Position numbers and translations under genes: made by a program | Assembly: GCA_963675595.2 (NCBI GenBank) | Contig: CAXXLZ010000002.1 | Location: 4,224,001 to 4,288,000, forward strand | Length of the DNA stretch: 64,000 bases | DNA from: Thermodesulfobacteriota bacterium | Lineage (GTDB): Bacteria; Desulfobacterota; Desulfarculia; JACQYL01 | Direction: 5' to 3' | Shown here: positions 20,885 to 31,324 of the stretch, in pieces | Position numbering within the stretch: the first letter of the stretch is position 1 | Layout: each line of letters begins with the position of its first letter | Notes under the pieces: model-generated | Seen by the model: only the letters and a program-made list of their open reading frames with translations | What the model was told of the DNA's origin: nothing | Database searches by the model: none

Positions 20885-23800
20885 ATGGATGACCTGATGT
20901 TAAAAAAACGTTTTGGTAAGCGTCTTGGATGGCTGAGGAAGGTGAGAAACCTGACCCAGCAAGACCTGTCCGAACGGGTGGGCGTATCCGTCCAATATCT
21001 CGGCACCATCGAACGAGGGCTTTCCGCACCCTCCTTCAAGGTAATCGAGCGTATTTGCCTTGCCTTGGAGGTATCTCCTTTGAGCCTCTTTCTTTTTCTT
21101 CCGGAAATCTCGAGCGAAGCCCACGCAGGATGTTCCGATCACGCCGAGCCGGTCCTCCACCCATTTCAGATGAGTATGATCAAGCTTGATTTGAAGTCTG
21201 CACAGTGGGCGGTTTCTGATTCCTTTTATGGGCTTTTGGGCTACCGGAATCCCAAGAAAGATTATTCATTCGGTTTCTTCTTGAAGCATGTTCCGCCTCA
21301 ACAACGAGGGCTGCTTTCCGAGGCGTGGTTCCAAACCGTCGCCTGGTCCAAGAAAAGCAGCATCAAATTTGATCTGACGAGGATTGACGGGATTGTCAGA
21401 TCCATACGCGGATATTCGGATGTCTTACGCGGCAAATCAGGAGAACCCTTTGAAGCCCAATGGGTTCTGCAGGACCTTACCGATTTGGAAGTATTGAACA
21501 GAGCGATTCTGAGAAACCGTGTGAATTTGGAACAAGACATGGCGGAGTGCAACCGTCAACTGGATAGCGCGCTTGATAACGCCGATAGGGAGAAAGTGAA
21601 GGCGAAGGAAGCCCACCAGGCTTTGAATTCGTTCAAGCATTCCTATAGACAAATATTCAATGCCATTTCCGATGCCGTTTATATCCACGATGTCAAGGGT
21701 CGAATTCTTGACGCCAATACCGTGGGCCATGAACGGTTGGGATATACACGCGATGAGATGCTCAGTCTTTCAGCCTCCGATGTTGATCTAGATCATCCTA
21801 CCGAAAAAGAAGTTCGAGAAAGAATTTCATCCGCCCTTTCAGCAGGCCCCCTCTGCATCGAATCCAGACACATCACCAAAGACGGTCACATTATCAATGT
21901 GGAGCTTCAGACCAGTACTTTTGGGGACCGTGAAGAAAAGAGCTTTGTGACCGTAGCCCGTGACATCACAAAGCGCAAAATGGCTGAAACGGCGTTGGAA
22001 AAAAGCCTTAAAATGCTGAATCGCACCGAATCCCTCGCCCATGTCGGGAGCTGGGAATGGGACATCGCGACCGACACCGTAACTTGGTCTGAAGAACTGT
22101 ACCGCATCTTTCAGCTTGATCCTGGTGCGGAAGCACCGAACTGGGCCGGGCATCCAAAACTATATCATCCGGAAGATTTTGAAAAACTACGTCATGCCGC
22201 AGAAAGAGCCATAGCGGATGCAAAACCTTACGAAATGGAACTTCGCGCTTTTCGGGAAGATGGCCAAACCCGGATTTGTAAAGCCGAAGGATTTCCTGAA
22301 ATCGACGAGGCCGGACAGGTCTTTCGACTTTTTGGTCTACTTCAGGACATCACCGATCACAGACAGGTCGAAGAAGAATTTGCCCAAATATTTGCCATGT
22401 CTCTGGACATGATCTGTATTGCCGACATCCAGTCGGCAACCTTCATCAAGGTCAATCCTGCTTTCACTGAAATCCTCGGATACAAGCAGATTGAACTTTT
22501 AGAGAGACCGTTTATAGACTTCATTCACCCTGAGGACATTGACGCCACGCGAACCGTAATCAACCGTGCACTTAATGTGGGTTCGAAAGTCATCAATTTT
22601 GAGAATCGGTATCGGTGCAAAGATGGAAGCTATCGTTGGTTTAGCTGGACTTCCCATCCCAACACGGAAAGAGGCGTCACCTATGCCGTTGCCCGCGACA
22701 TTACGGAAACCAAACAAAACGAAGAGGAATTAAGGAGAAACAAAGCCCTGCTCGATGCCACCAACCGCATGGCAAAGGTCGGAGGATGGGAACTGGATGC
22801 AAGCACACTGGAGGTAACCTGGACCGATGAGACATACCGTATTCATGAGTTGCCACTCGATTGTAAGCCCCCTCAATTACGGGATGCCATCAACTTCTTT
22901 CATCCTGAAGACAGAGGACACTTGGGGCAGGCTGTTAAGAACGCGCTAGATCACGGTGACGGGTACGATTTGGAGGTCCGATTCATCACCGCCAGTGGAA
23001 AAGAATTGTGGACCCGAACCAAATGCGAACCGGAACTGGTGGAAGGAAAGGTCACAAAGCTCAAAGGAACGTTTCAGGATATATCCGATCGAAAAACAGC
23101 AGAAATTAAGTTGATTGATAGCGAAAGACGTTTTCGTTCGCTTTTTGAATTCATGGAAGAAGGTTTTGTGCGTGCGGATAAAGATGGTCACATAACTTTG
23201 GCGAATATTGCAATGGCTAAAATGTTCGGCTACGAATCTTCTGATGATATGATCGCCCTTAACATGAAAACACTTTATGCCGATCCCGAAGAAAGATATA
23301 ACGTTATCGCCAAATTACACAAAACGTCCGCATTGTATAATTATGAACTTCTGGTAAAGTCAAAAGAGGGGCATACCTTCTGGTCGTTATGCAATCTAAA
23401 AATTCTTAAGGATGGGCATGGCAAGTTTATCGGAACAGAGGGTCTAGTTCGTGACATTAACGATCGTAAACAAGCTGAGTACGCTCTGGCCAAATCAAAC
23501 AGGGGACTTTCAGTATTAAAAGAGGCGGGAAAGGCTTTGCTGCGTACCCAGGATGAGTCTACCCTCATAGAACAAATCTGTCGAATAATCGTTCAATTAG
23601 GTCATTATTCCTTGGCATGGGTTGGATTTTCGGACGCAGGTCCGGAAAAGTTTGTCAAGGCGGTAGGTAGCTGGGGAGTCGACGCCAATTATCTAAACGG
23701 CCTCAATATCACGTGGGATGATTCGGAAACCGGTAAAGGACCTATCGGCAAAGCAATACGGACTCAGAAGGTTCAAGTTATCAAACAAATCAGCACAGCT

Positions 23801-25933
23801 TCAGACTATGATTTTTGGCGGAATGCCGCCTTGAAAAGAGGATATCACTCATCCATCGCTATTCCGATTTGTCATGAGCATCTTTGCCTTGGGGCAGTGA
23901 ATATTTACTCGCCTGAACCCGACGCTTTCGATGAATCCGAAACTGATCTCCTTGTGCAATTGACCCAAGAACTTTCTTACGGGATTGTTTCATTGCGTAA
24001 TAAAGAAGCCCAGATGAAGGCGGAAGAGGCCCTGCGGAAAAGTGAAGATAAATATCGTCGCTTAACGGAAAACTCACCGGATGTCATTTACCGCATGTCC
24101 TTGCCTGATGGGAAATATGAATATATCAGCCCGGCTGCAGAGACTATTTTTGGATACCCTCCGGAAGCCTGGTACGAAGGTCGGATTCATTTACAGGATT
24201 TCATCCATCCGGATTCTTATTCTTATTTCAAGGTTCAATGGGGACAAATGCTCAAAGGACATGTCCCGCCCACTTATGAATATCGGATTGTCCATGCCAA
24301 CGGAGCTATCCGTTGGCTCAACCAGCGCAACGTCCCCATAATAAGCTCAGATGGAAGCCTGATTGCCATCGAAGGGATCGTTACCGATATTACCGAGAGA
24401 AAAGAGGCCGAAAATGCGCTGCAGGAGTCTTATAGAAGGTTCTTAACGGTTCTGGACAGCATCGACGTGAATATTTACGTTGTTGATATCGAGAGTTATC
24501 AAATCCTGTTTATGAACAAATCTATGATAGAAAGCTTCGATAATGATATGACCGGTGATGTTTGCTGGAAACTTTATGGAGAGCAATCCAGTCCATGTTC
24601 GAACTGCCCTATTGATAAATTAAGTCATGACAATAGGAAGACTGACGATGTCGTTTTTTGGCAAAATAAAAATAATATTACTGGTAAGTGGTACGTAAAT
24701 TATGCCAAATTATTAGAATGGATAGATGGACGGTCGGTACAAATTCAAGTTTCTACTGATATTACTGAAATAAAACGTATGGAAGATGAACTTCGTCAAG
24801 CTCATAAGATGGAAGCCATTGGAACTCTTGCTGGTGGAATTGCGCATGAATTCAATAATATGCTTGGAATCATCATTGGAAATACGGAGCTTGCCTTGGA
24901 CGATATCCCGAATTGGAGTTCAGCCAGAGAATTTCTGGGTGATGTAAAGACCGCCTCATTGCGTGCTAAAGACGTTGTTAGGAAGCTATTGAGTGTTGCT
25001 CGAAAAACACCGATGTCGTTAAAACCCATACATGTACGTTCGATTATTGAAGACTCCTTGAAACTTATGAGAAGAATGATTCCTACAACAATTGATATTC
25101 GAGAAAACTTAGCCTGTTTATCCGAGATGATTTTGGGCGATCCTACTGAGATCAGCCAAGTTATGATCAATTTGTGTACCAATTCGGTTCATGCCATGGC
25201 TTCGGGAAAGGGTATTTTAGAAGTGGGGTTGGATGTCATACGGTTGGATCAAGTGTCTGCACTGCATTACGAAGATCTATCACCGGGAAGCTATGTAAGG
25301 CTTACTGTCAAGGATACGGGCGAAGGCATTGAACCGACCAAAATGTATCGTATTTTCGATCCTTATTTTACAACAAAAGAAGTGAACCAAGGGCTTGGGA
25401 TGGGACTTGCCGTTGTCTACGGCATCGTAAAAAATCATCAAGGTTCGATCAAGTTTCAAAGTACGGTTGGTGAAGGCACCACGGCGGAAGTTCTGTTCCC
25501 GATGATAGAAAATCAGGATGTCTTCAGCATTGAACAGACTGAGACTCTTTCCAAGGGAACCGAACGAATATTACTGGTGGATGATGAACCTTCGCTAGTT
25601 AAAATCGTTACAAAAATGCTGAAGGGATTCGGCTATGAAGTGATTGGAAAAACGAGCAGTTCAGAAGCCTTGGCAATATTTAAAGAGTCTCCCGATCGTT
25701 TTGATCTTTTGATTAGTGACATGGCAATGCCTGAACTTTCAGGTGAAAAATTAGCAAAGGAGATTCTTAATATTCGCCCTGATTTTCCAATTATTATTTG
25801 CACTGGTCATAGTGAGTTTATGGATGAATATAAGGCAAAGGAATTAGGGATTCGAAGCTTTGTCTTCAAGCCTTTGACTAAATCGGCTTTAATCGTAACA
25901 GTTCAAAAAGCTTTACATCCAGTGCATGGATAA
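20885..25933 (+). CDS. XRE-HTH / multi-PAS / GAF hybrid histidine kinase with receiver
   Basis: N-terminal LRKVRNLTQQDLSERVGVSVQYLGTIERG; many PAS/PAC repeats; H-box AGGIAHEFNN; G-box GLGMGL; receiver LLVDDE...SDMAMP. Confidence 0.93.
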   Translation: MDDLMLKKRFGKRLGWLRKVRNLTQQDLSERVGVSVQYLGTIERGLSAPSFKVIERICLALEVSPLSLFLFLPEISSEAHAGCSDHAEPVLHPFQMSMIKLDLKSAQWAVSDSFYGLLGYRNPKKDYSFGFFLKHVPPQQRGLLSEAWFQTVAWSKKSSIKFDLTRIDGIVRSIRGYSDVLRGKSGEPFEAQWVLQDLTDLEVLNRAILRNRVNLEQDMAECNRQLDSALDNADREKVKAKEAHQALNSFKHSYRQIFNAISDAVYIHDVKGRILDANTVGHERLGYTRDEMLSLSASDVDLDHPTEKEVRERISSALSAGPLCIESRHITKDGHIINVELQTSTFGDREEKSFVTVARDITKRKMAETALEKSLKMLNRTESLAHVGSWEWDIATDTVTWSEELYRIFQLDPGAEAPNWAGHPKLYHPEDFEKLRHAAERAIADAKPYEMELRAFREDGQTRICKAEGFPEIDEAGQVFRLFGLLQDITDHRQVEEEFAQIFAMSLDMICIADIQSATFIKVNPAFTEILGYKQIELLERPFIDFIHPEDIDATRTVINRALNVGSKVINFENRYRCKDGSYRWFSWTSHPNTERGVTYAVARDITETKQNEEELRRNKALLDATNRMAKVGGWELDASTLEVTWTDETYRIHELPLDCKPPQLRDAINFFHPEDRGHLGQAVKNALDHGDGYDLEVRFITASGKELWTRTKCEPELVEGKVTKLKGTFQDISDRKTAEIKLIDSERRFRSLFEFMEEGFVRADKDGHITLANIAMAKMFGYESSDDMIALNMKTLYADPEERYNVIAKLHKTSALYNYELLVKSKEGHTFWSLCNLKILKDGHGKFIGTEGLVRDINDRKQAEYALAKSNRGLSVLKEAGKALLRTQDESTLIEQICRIIVQLGHYSLAWVGFSDAGPEKFVKAVGSWGVDANYLNGLNITWDDSETGKGPIGKAIRTQKVQVIKQISTASDYDFWRNAALKRGYHSSIAIPICHEHLCLGAVNIYSPEPDAFDESETDLLVQLTQELSYGIVSLRNKEAQMKAEEALRKSEDKYRRLTENSPDVIYRMSLPDGKYEYISPAAETIFGYPPEAWYEGRIHLQDFIHPDSYSYFKVQWGQMLKGHVPPTYEYRIVHANGAIRWLNQRNVPIISSDGSLIAIEGIVTDITERKEAENALQESYRRFLTVLDSIDVNIYVVDIESYQILFMNKSMIESFDNDMTGDVCWKLYGEQSSPCSNCPIDKLSHDNRKTDDVVFWQNKNNITGKWYVNYAKLLEWIDGRSVQIQVSTDITEIKRMEDELRQAHKMEAIGTLAGGIAHEFNNMLGIIIGNTELALDDIPNWSSAREFLGDVKTASLRAKDVVRKLLSVARKTPMSLKPIHVRSIIEDSLKLMRRMIPTTIDIRENLACLSEMILGDPTEISQVMINLCTNSVHAMASGKGILEVGLDVIRLDQVSALHYEDLSPGSYVRLTVKDTGEGIEPTKMYRIFDPYFTTKEVNQGLGMGLAVVYGIVKNHQGSIKFQSTVGEGTTAEVLFPMIENQDVFSIEQTETLSKGTERILLVDDEPSLVKIVTKMLKGFGYEVIGKTSSSEALAIFKESPDRFDLLISDMAMPELSGEKLAKEILNIRPDFPIIICTGHSEFMDEYKAKELGIRSFVFKPLTKSALIVTVQKALHPVHG

Positions 25934-26672
25934 GATCGTCAATAATTAGTTTATTCATGTGCATATTATTTTGTCATAAGTTCATGAAATCGAATGTTAT
26001 CGGTTTCTAAGGGATTAGGCACAAACTAACATGTAGAAGTATGGCACATTCCGAAGAAGTGTCGCTTTTCTTCACCGACTGCGTTTTATTCCGAGAAAGA
26101 AACGGAAGAAATGACTTCACAGGAAGGCGACGTTAATGATTTATCTTTACGCCGGAAACCGGCTTTAACCAGTCGACCTACTATCTCGGATGCTGAAAAG
26201 AAATGGTGATCAAGTGCTCCAAGCGGATTTTCTCATTTGCAGAAAATAATCGAAATGCGTATCAGCCGAATTCGTTCTCGCTTCATCGCCATCAGCCATG
26301 GCCAATTGCTGGAAACAGGTCAAACCATGTAAGCGATGCGAGTGCCCCTCTCGGGGCTTGGGACACTCCTTATCTTTCTGTGACAGCTTTTGGTCGATTT
26401 GACGGCATTCTGAACATCGCATTCTTGCAAAATCAGCTCCAAATCAGCACATGGTCAAACTCCCAATCTCTTCTTTACACACGATAGAAAACTGAGACTG
26501 CCTCTCATGAGTTCACCTATGGACAAAAGAATCTTTGCTATTTAATTTTTGCAATACAAAAAGAAGAGGCGCATACAGATCAGATCAAAAGAGATTATCC
26601 AATTATACCGGATAATCGGATAAATATCATAAATTGGTGGTTTTAGGCCTTTCCATCACCTGGGAGTCGATC

Positions 26673-29600
26673 ATGAAGGATCAAAAAGGGCACGAAGTCA
26701 CGATTCTGAATAATTCTAAGCAAGGACGGTTTGACGACGCGAATGGTTGCAGCACAGAAACCGGTGGGCAGGATTCCAACAGGTTGATGGAAGAGCTTCG
26801 CGTCTACCAGGCTGAATTGGAAATGCAAAACGAAGAGTTGCGTGGCTCCCAGGAATCTCTTGCGAGATCACGAGACCGCTTCTACTCGCTTTTTCATAGA
26901 GCACCCGTGGGTTATGTGGCAATTGATGCTTCGGGCATGATCCAGGAAGCCAACGAGACTTTCCTTCGAATGGCGGGAGCATCGCGGGAAACGGCAAAAG
27001 GGCGTTATTTCCATTCATTTCTGCAAGAATCCCATGCCTCGGTGTTCAGAGGCCGTTTCAAGGCCCTTTTGAAAAAGCCCTCGGGCAAGGTCATGGAGCT
27101 TCGGCTGTCAACGCAGGCGAACCCGGCTTGGGTCAGGACCGAAGCATCCGACGCGCAGGTTATGGATCACCCGCCTGACGATGAGCCGCCGGTGTTGCTC
27201 CTGACACTGAGCGACATTACCGAAGAAAAACTCGCCGAAGAAGCGCGTCGAGAGGAACAACGCAGGCTCAATTTCGTCATTGAAGGTTCGAGACTGGGCA
27301 CGTGGGAATGGAATCTCCAAACCAACGAGACCGTATTCAATGAAATCTGGGCGGAGATCATAGGATACACTTTGGACGAGCTGACGCCATACAACTTAGA
27401 GACTTGGGAGCGGCTGACGCATCCCGAGGACCTGGCACGCGCCCAGCAGGCTCTCACAAAATGCATCGCAGGAGAAACGCCCGACTATGAATGCGAATTA
27501 CGCATGAGGCACAAGGACGGGCACTGGGTATGGATCCTGGACCGCGGTCGCGTCATGACATGGGACGCCCACGGCAAGCCTCTCCTCATGTTCGGCACTC
27601 ACAGCGATATCACCCCGCGCAAGCTTATGCAGGAAGATCGCGAGCGGCTGCTCGAGCGGGTGACACAGGAAAAAAGGGTACAGGAATCTCTTTTCGAAGC
27701 CTCCAAGACTGTGCTAGAAGGCGGCGATTTCGCCTCCACCGCCCGACGCATCTTCGATGCCGCACGGATCCTGACTGGGGCGCAATCGGGGTATGTGGCG
27801 CTCCTCAGCGACGACGGCGAAGAAAATGAACTACTGTTTCTCGAATCGGGAGGTTTGCCCTGTTTGGTGGACCCGGATTTGCCCATGCCCATCCGCGGTC
27901 TTCGCGCCGAAGCCTACAAAACGGGAAGCGTCGTGTTGGACAACGACTTCATGAATTCCGAGTGGGCTTCCTTTATGCCTCCCGGGCACGTCGACCTGGG
28001 GAATGTGATGTTCGCTCCCTTGAATGTCGAGGGGAAGACCGTCGGCATTATGGGTTTGGCGAACAAGCCGGGGGATTTCAGTGAGGACGACGTGATTGTG
28101 GCCCGGGCGTTCGGGCAACTGGCCGCCATCGCGCTGCAGAAGAACCGAAATCTGGAGGCCTTGCGGGACAGCGAACAGCGATTTCGCTCCTTTGTGGAAA
28201 ACGCCAATGATATCGTATACGCCCTTTCGCCGGAAGGTCTGTTTACCTACCTATCCCCCAACTGGATCGACTTCGTGGGGGAACCGGCGGAAGCGGCTCT
28301 TGGCGGATCGTTCGAGCCGTACGTGCATCCGGAAGACGTTCATTTGTGCAGGGAGTTTCTACAGAAGGTTCTCTCCTCCGGGGAAAAGCAAAGCGGCGTC
28401 GTTTATCGCGTGCAACGAAGAGACGGCAGTTGGCGTTGGCACTTTTCCAACGGCTCGCCGCTATTAGATTTCCAAGGGAGAATAACCGGTTATCTGGGGA
28501 TCGCCCGCGACATCACGGAGATCAGACAGGCGGAGGAAACCATCAAGGAGCGGGAAAGATTCCTGCGCGCGGTGTTGGAGACCACGGCCGACGGCTTTTT
28601 CGCAGTGGACAGCCAAGGGCGGATCACGGAGGCAAACAACGTCTATTGCAACATGACTGGTTACCGGGACGAGGAAATCGTCGGCCGAAGCATGAACGAC
28701 ATCGACGCGAACGAATCCCCCGAAGAAACGGGGTCCCATATGAGACGTGTCGTCATCAAGGGCTCGGAAGTCTTCGAGGCCCGTCATCGACGCAAAAACG
28801 GCACGGAGTTTCCCGTCGAGATTTCCACCACCTTTGTCCCGACTCACGGGGGACGATTCGTCTGTTTCTGCCGCGACCTGACCGAGCGCAAAGAAAACGA
28901 ACGTATCCTGAAACGACACAGCCATCTGCTGGAGAATTCCCCCAATGCCGTTTACGTATCGGACGAGCGAGGCAGAATCATTTACGCCAATAATGCCGCG
29001 GCCTGCCAAACCGGCATCCCTCGCTCGGAGATGTTGAATAAGAATGTCTGGGACATCGACGCCTCACTCCAAGAATCCGAATATGTCCAGTTCCTCACTC
29101 GAATATCCCGCGACACCCCCATGCGATTGAAAACCACCCATCGTCGTGCGGATGGAAGCCTGTTTCCCGTTGAAATCTCCATTTCAAAGCTGGAGCAGGA
29201 AGGATCGAGCCTGCTTTGCGCAATCGCCGTGGACATCACGGAACGGGAGGCCCAAGAGGCGTCCTTGAGGCGCACCCAGTTCACGGTGGACCACGCGCCC
29301 ATCGGCGTTTTCTGGGTCTCGCAGGAAGGAAGCATCATTTACGCCAACAACAAGGCCGCCGAGAGCCTCGGCTACAAGAAAGAAGAGCTGTCTGGAATCG
29401 GGTTTGAATGCATAGACTCGAATTTTTCCACTGAAAGCAGTGAATCTCCCTGGAAGCTTTGCGAAGGGGAGGCTCTGGTAGAATTCGAATCCATTCATCG
29501 CCGGAAGGACGGCACCGTTTTCCCGGTTCACGTGCACAGCCACCGCATCAGTTTCATGGGCGAGGAAATGCAGGTGCTTGAGGTCGTGGACATCGCCGAG

Positions 29601-31175
29601 CGTAAACGGTGGGAAGATCAGTTGCGCCTTCACTCCCTGGTCCTGAGCCAGATTCGAGACCAAGTCACTGTCACCGATCTTCACGGCGTCATCACCTATG
29701 TAAATGAGTCGGTATCCGAAACTTTGGGCTTCAGGGCCGAAGACTTGATTGGGAAGTCAGTGGAATTCTTTGGGCAAGATGCAGGCCGAGGCGCCTCTCA
29801 AGGGGAGATCATCGAAAGAACGCTCCGGGACGGCTACTGGCGCTGTGAAGTGGTGAATTTCGCCGACGACGGCAGCGAAAGGATCATGGATTGCCGGACC
29901 CAGGTTGTTATGGACGGGCTCGGAAGAGCCGTCGCTCTATGCGGTATCGCTACCGATGTCACCGAGCGAAAACAGGCGGAAGAGGAGAAAGCCAAACTTG
30001 AGGCCCAGCTCCGCCAAGCCCAGAAAATGGAGGCTATCGGGACCTTGGCCGGAGGCGTGGCCCACGACTTCAACAACATGTTGGGCGTCATCCTGGGCCA
30101 TACGGAACTGGCATTGGATGAGACGGGTCCTGAGGAAGCGATTTTTTCTGATTTACTTGAAATTCAAAAGGCCGCCCAGCGTTCCTCCGACCTCACACGT
30201 CAACTCCTGGCTTTCGCCAGAAAACAGACCATCAGTCCGAAAGTGCTCGATTTGAATAGCACGGTGGAGGGGATGCTCAGGATGTTGAGGCGCCTCATAG
30301 GTGAAGACATCGAATTGGCCTGGCTGCCTGGAAGCCGTCTATGGAAGCTCAAGATGGATCCTTCCCAGGTGGATCAAATTCTGGCCAATCTGTGTGTCAA
30401 TGCGAGGGACGCCGTTTCCGATTCCGGCCGGGTCACCATTGAGACCATGAACGTTACGTTGAACGAGGCGCAATGTGCGGAGCGGGAAGGTTTCTTGCCC
30501 GGCGAGTACGTCCTTTTGGCCGTAAGCGATAACGGATGCGGCATGGACCGAAAGACCCTGACCCATCTGTTCGAACCCTTTTTCACCACCAAAGGGGTCG
30601 GCCGGGGCACGGGTCTTGGATTGGCCACAATCTACGGTATCGTCAAACAGAACGGAGGATTCATCGACGTCGAAAGCGAGCCGGGCGAAGGAACGAAATT
30701 CTCCATTTATTTGCCGAGGCACAGGTCCCAGGGGGAAGCCGACTCCCATGGAAAGGCCGAGACTCCGGCGGAGCGCGGCAACGAAACCATTCTATTGGTA
30801 GAGGACGAGGAAGCCATGCTGAACATGGCGAAGGCCATGCTGAAAAGGCTGGGATACCGCGTTTTCGCTTGCAGGGCGCCCGTGGAGGCGGAACGATTGC
30901 TTCAAGAGCATGCGGACGACATCCATTTGCTTATGACCGATGTGATCATGCCGGAGATGAACGGCAGGGAGCTCGCGGAACGGCTGATATCTCGATATCC
31001 GAGCCTCCGATGCCTTTTCACGTCCGGGTACACAGCGGACGTCATTGGTCACCACGGAGTGCTTAACCAAAAGGTGCACTTCATAAGGAAGCCGTTTTCC
31101 AAAAAGGACTTGGCGGGCAAGGTACGGGAAGCCCTGTCGGGGCTCCCGCCTCGCACGAGCCGGGCCGACGAATAA
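26673..31175 (+). CDS. Multi-PAS/GAF hybrid histidine kinase
   Basis: AGGVAHDFNN, NLCVNARDA, GRGTGLGL, C-terminal receiver. Start could instead be the TTG at 26634. Confidence 0.93.
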   Translation: MKDQKGHEVTILNNSKQGRFDDANGCSTETGGQDSNRLMEELRVYQAELEMQNEELRGSQESLARSRDRFYSLFHRAPVGYVAIDASGMIQEANETFLRMAGASRETAKGRYFHSFLQESHASVFRGRFKALLKKPSGKVMELRLSTQANPAWVRTEASDAQVMDHPPDDEPPVLLLTLSDITEEKLAEEARREEQRRLNFVIEGSRLGTWEWNLQTNETVFNEIWAEIIGYTLDELTPYNLETWERLTHPEDLARAQQALTKCIAGETPDYECELRMRHKDGHWVWILDRGRVMTWDAHGKPLLMFGTHSDITPRKLMQEDRERLLERVTQEKRVQESLFEASKTVLEGGDFASTARRIFDAARILTGAQSGYVALLSDDGEENELLFLESGGLPCLVDPDLPMPIRGLRAEAYKTGSVVLDNDFMNSEWASFMPPGHVDLGNVMFAPLNVEGKTVGIMGLANKPGDFSEDDVIVARAFGQLAAIALQKNRNLEALRDSEQRFRSFVENANDIVYALSPEGLFTYLSPNWIDFVGEPAEAALGGSFEPYVHPEDVHLCREFLQKVLSSGEKQSGVVYRVQRRDGSWRWHFSNGSPLLDFQGRITGYLGIARDITEIRQAEETIKERERFLRAVLETTADGFFAVDSQGRITEANNVYCNMTGYRDEEIVGRSMNDIDANESPEETGSHMRRVVIKGSEVFEARHRRKNGTEFPVEISTTFVPTHGGRFVCFCRDLTERKENERILKRHSHLLENSPNAVYVSDERGRIIYANNAAACQTGIPRSEMLNKNVWDIDASLQESEYVQFLTRISRDTPMRLKTTHRRADGSLFPVEISISKLEQEGSSLLCAIAVDITEREAQEASLRRTQFTVDHAPIGVFWVSQEGSIIYANNKAAESLGYKKEELSGIGFECIDSNFSTESSESPWKLCEGEALVEFESIHRRKDGTVFPVHVHSHRISFMGEEMQVLEVVDIAERKRWEDQLRLHSLVLSQIRDQVTVTDLHGVITYVNESVSETLGFRAEDLIGKSVEFFGQDAGRGASQGEIIERTLRDGYWRCEVVNFADDGSERIMDCRTQVVMDGLGRAVALCGIATDVTERKQAEEEKAKLEAQLRQAQKMEAIGTLAGGVAHDFNNMLGVILGHTELALDETGPEEAIFSDLLEIQKAAQRSSDLTRQLLAFARKQTISPKVLDLNSTVEGMLRMLRRLIGEDIELAWLPGSRLWKLKMDPSQVDQILANLCVNARDAVSDSGRVTIETMNVTLNEAQCAEREGFLPGEYVLLAVSDNGCGMDRKTLTHLFEPFFTTKGVGRGTGLGLATIYGIVKQNGGFIDVESEPGEGTKFSIYLPRHRSQGEADSHGKAETPAERGNETILLVEDEEAMLNMAKAMLKRLGYRVFACRAPVEAERLLQEHADDIHLLMTDVIMPEMNGRELAERLISRYPSLRCLFTSGYTADVIGHHGVLNQKVHFIRKPFSKKDLAGKVREALSGLPPRTSRADE

Positions 31176-31324
31176 CGATGGTACTGCGATTCCGAATCGC
31201 CCAAAGTGATTTACTAAGCTTTTAACCCGCCACCGAGCATGCTCATAACCGAGGCGCATGACCTGGGAGGCGATCATAGTCCCGTCCGTTGTTGCGTCGT
31301 GCGTCTTTAGTTGAGGTTCACAGC

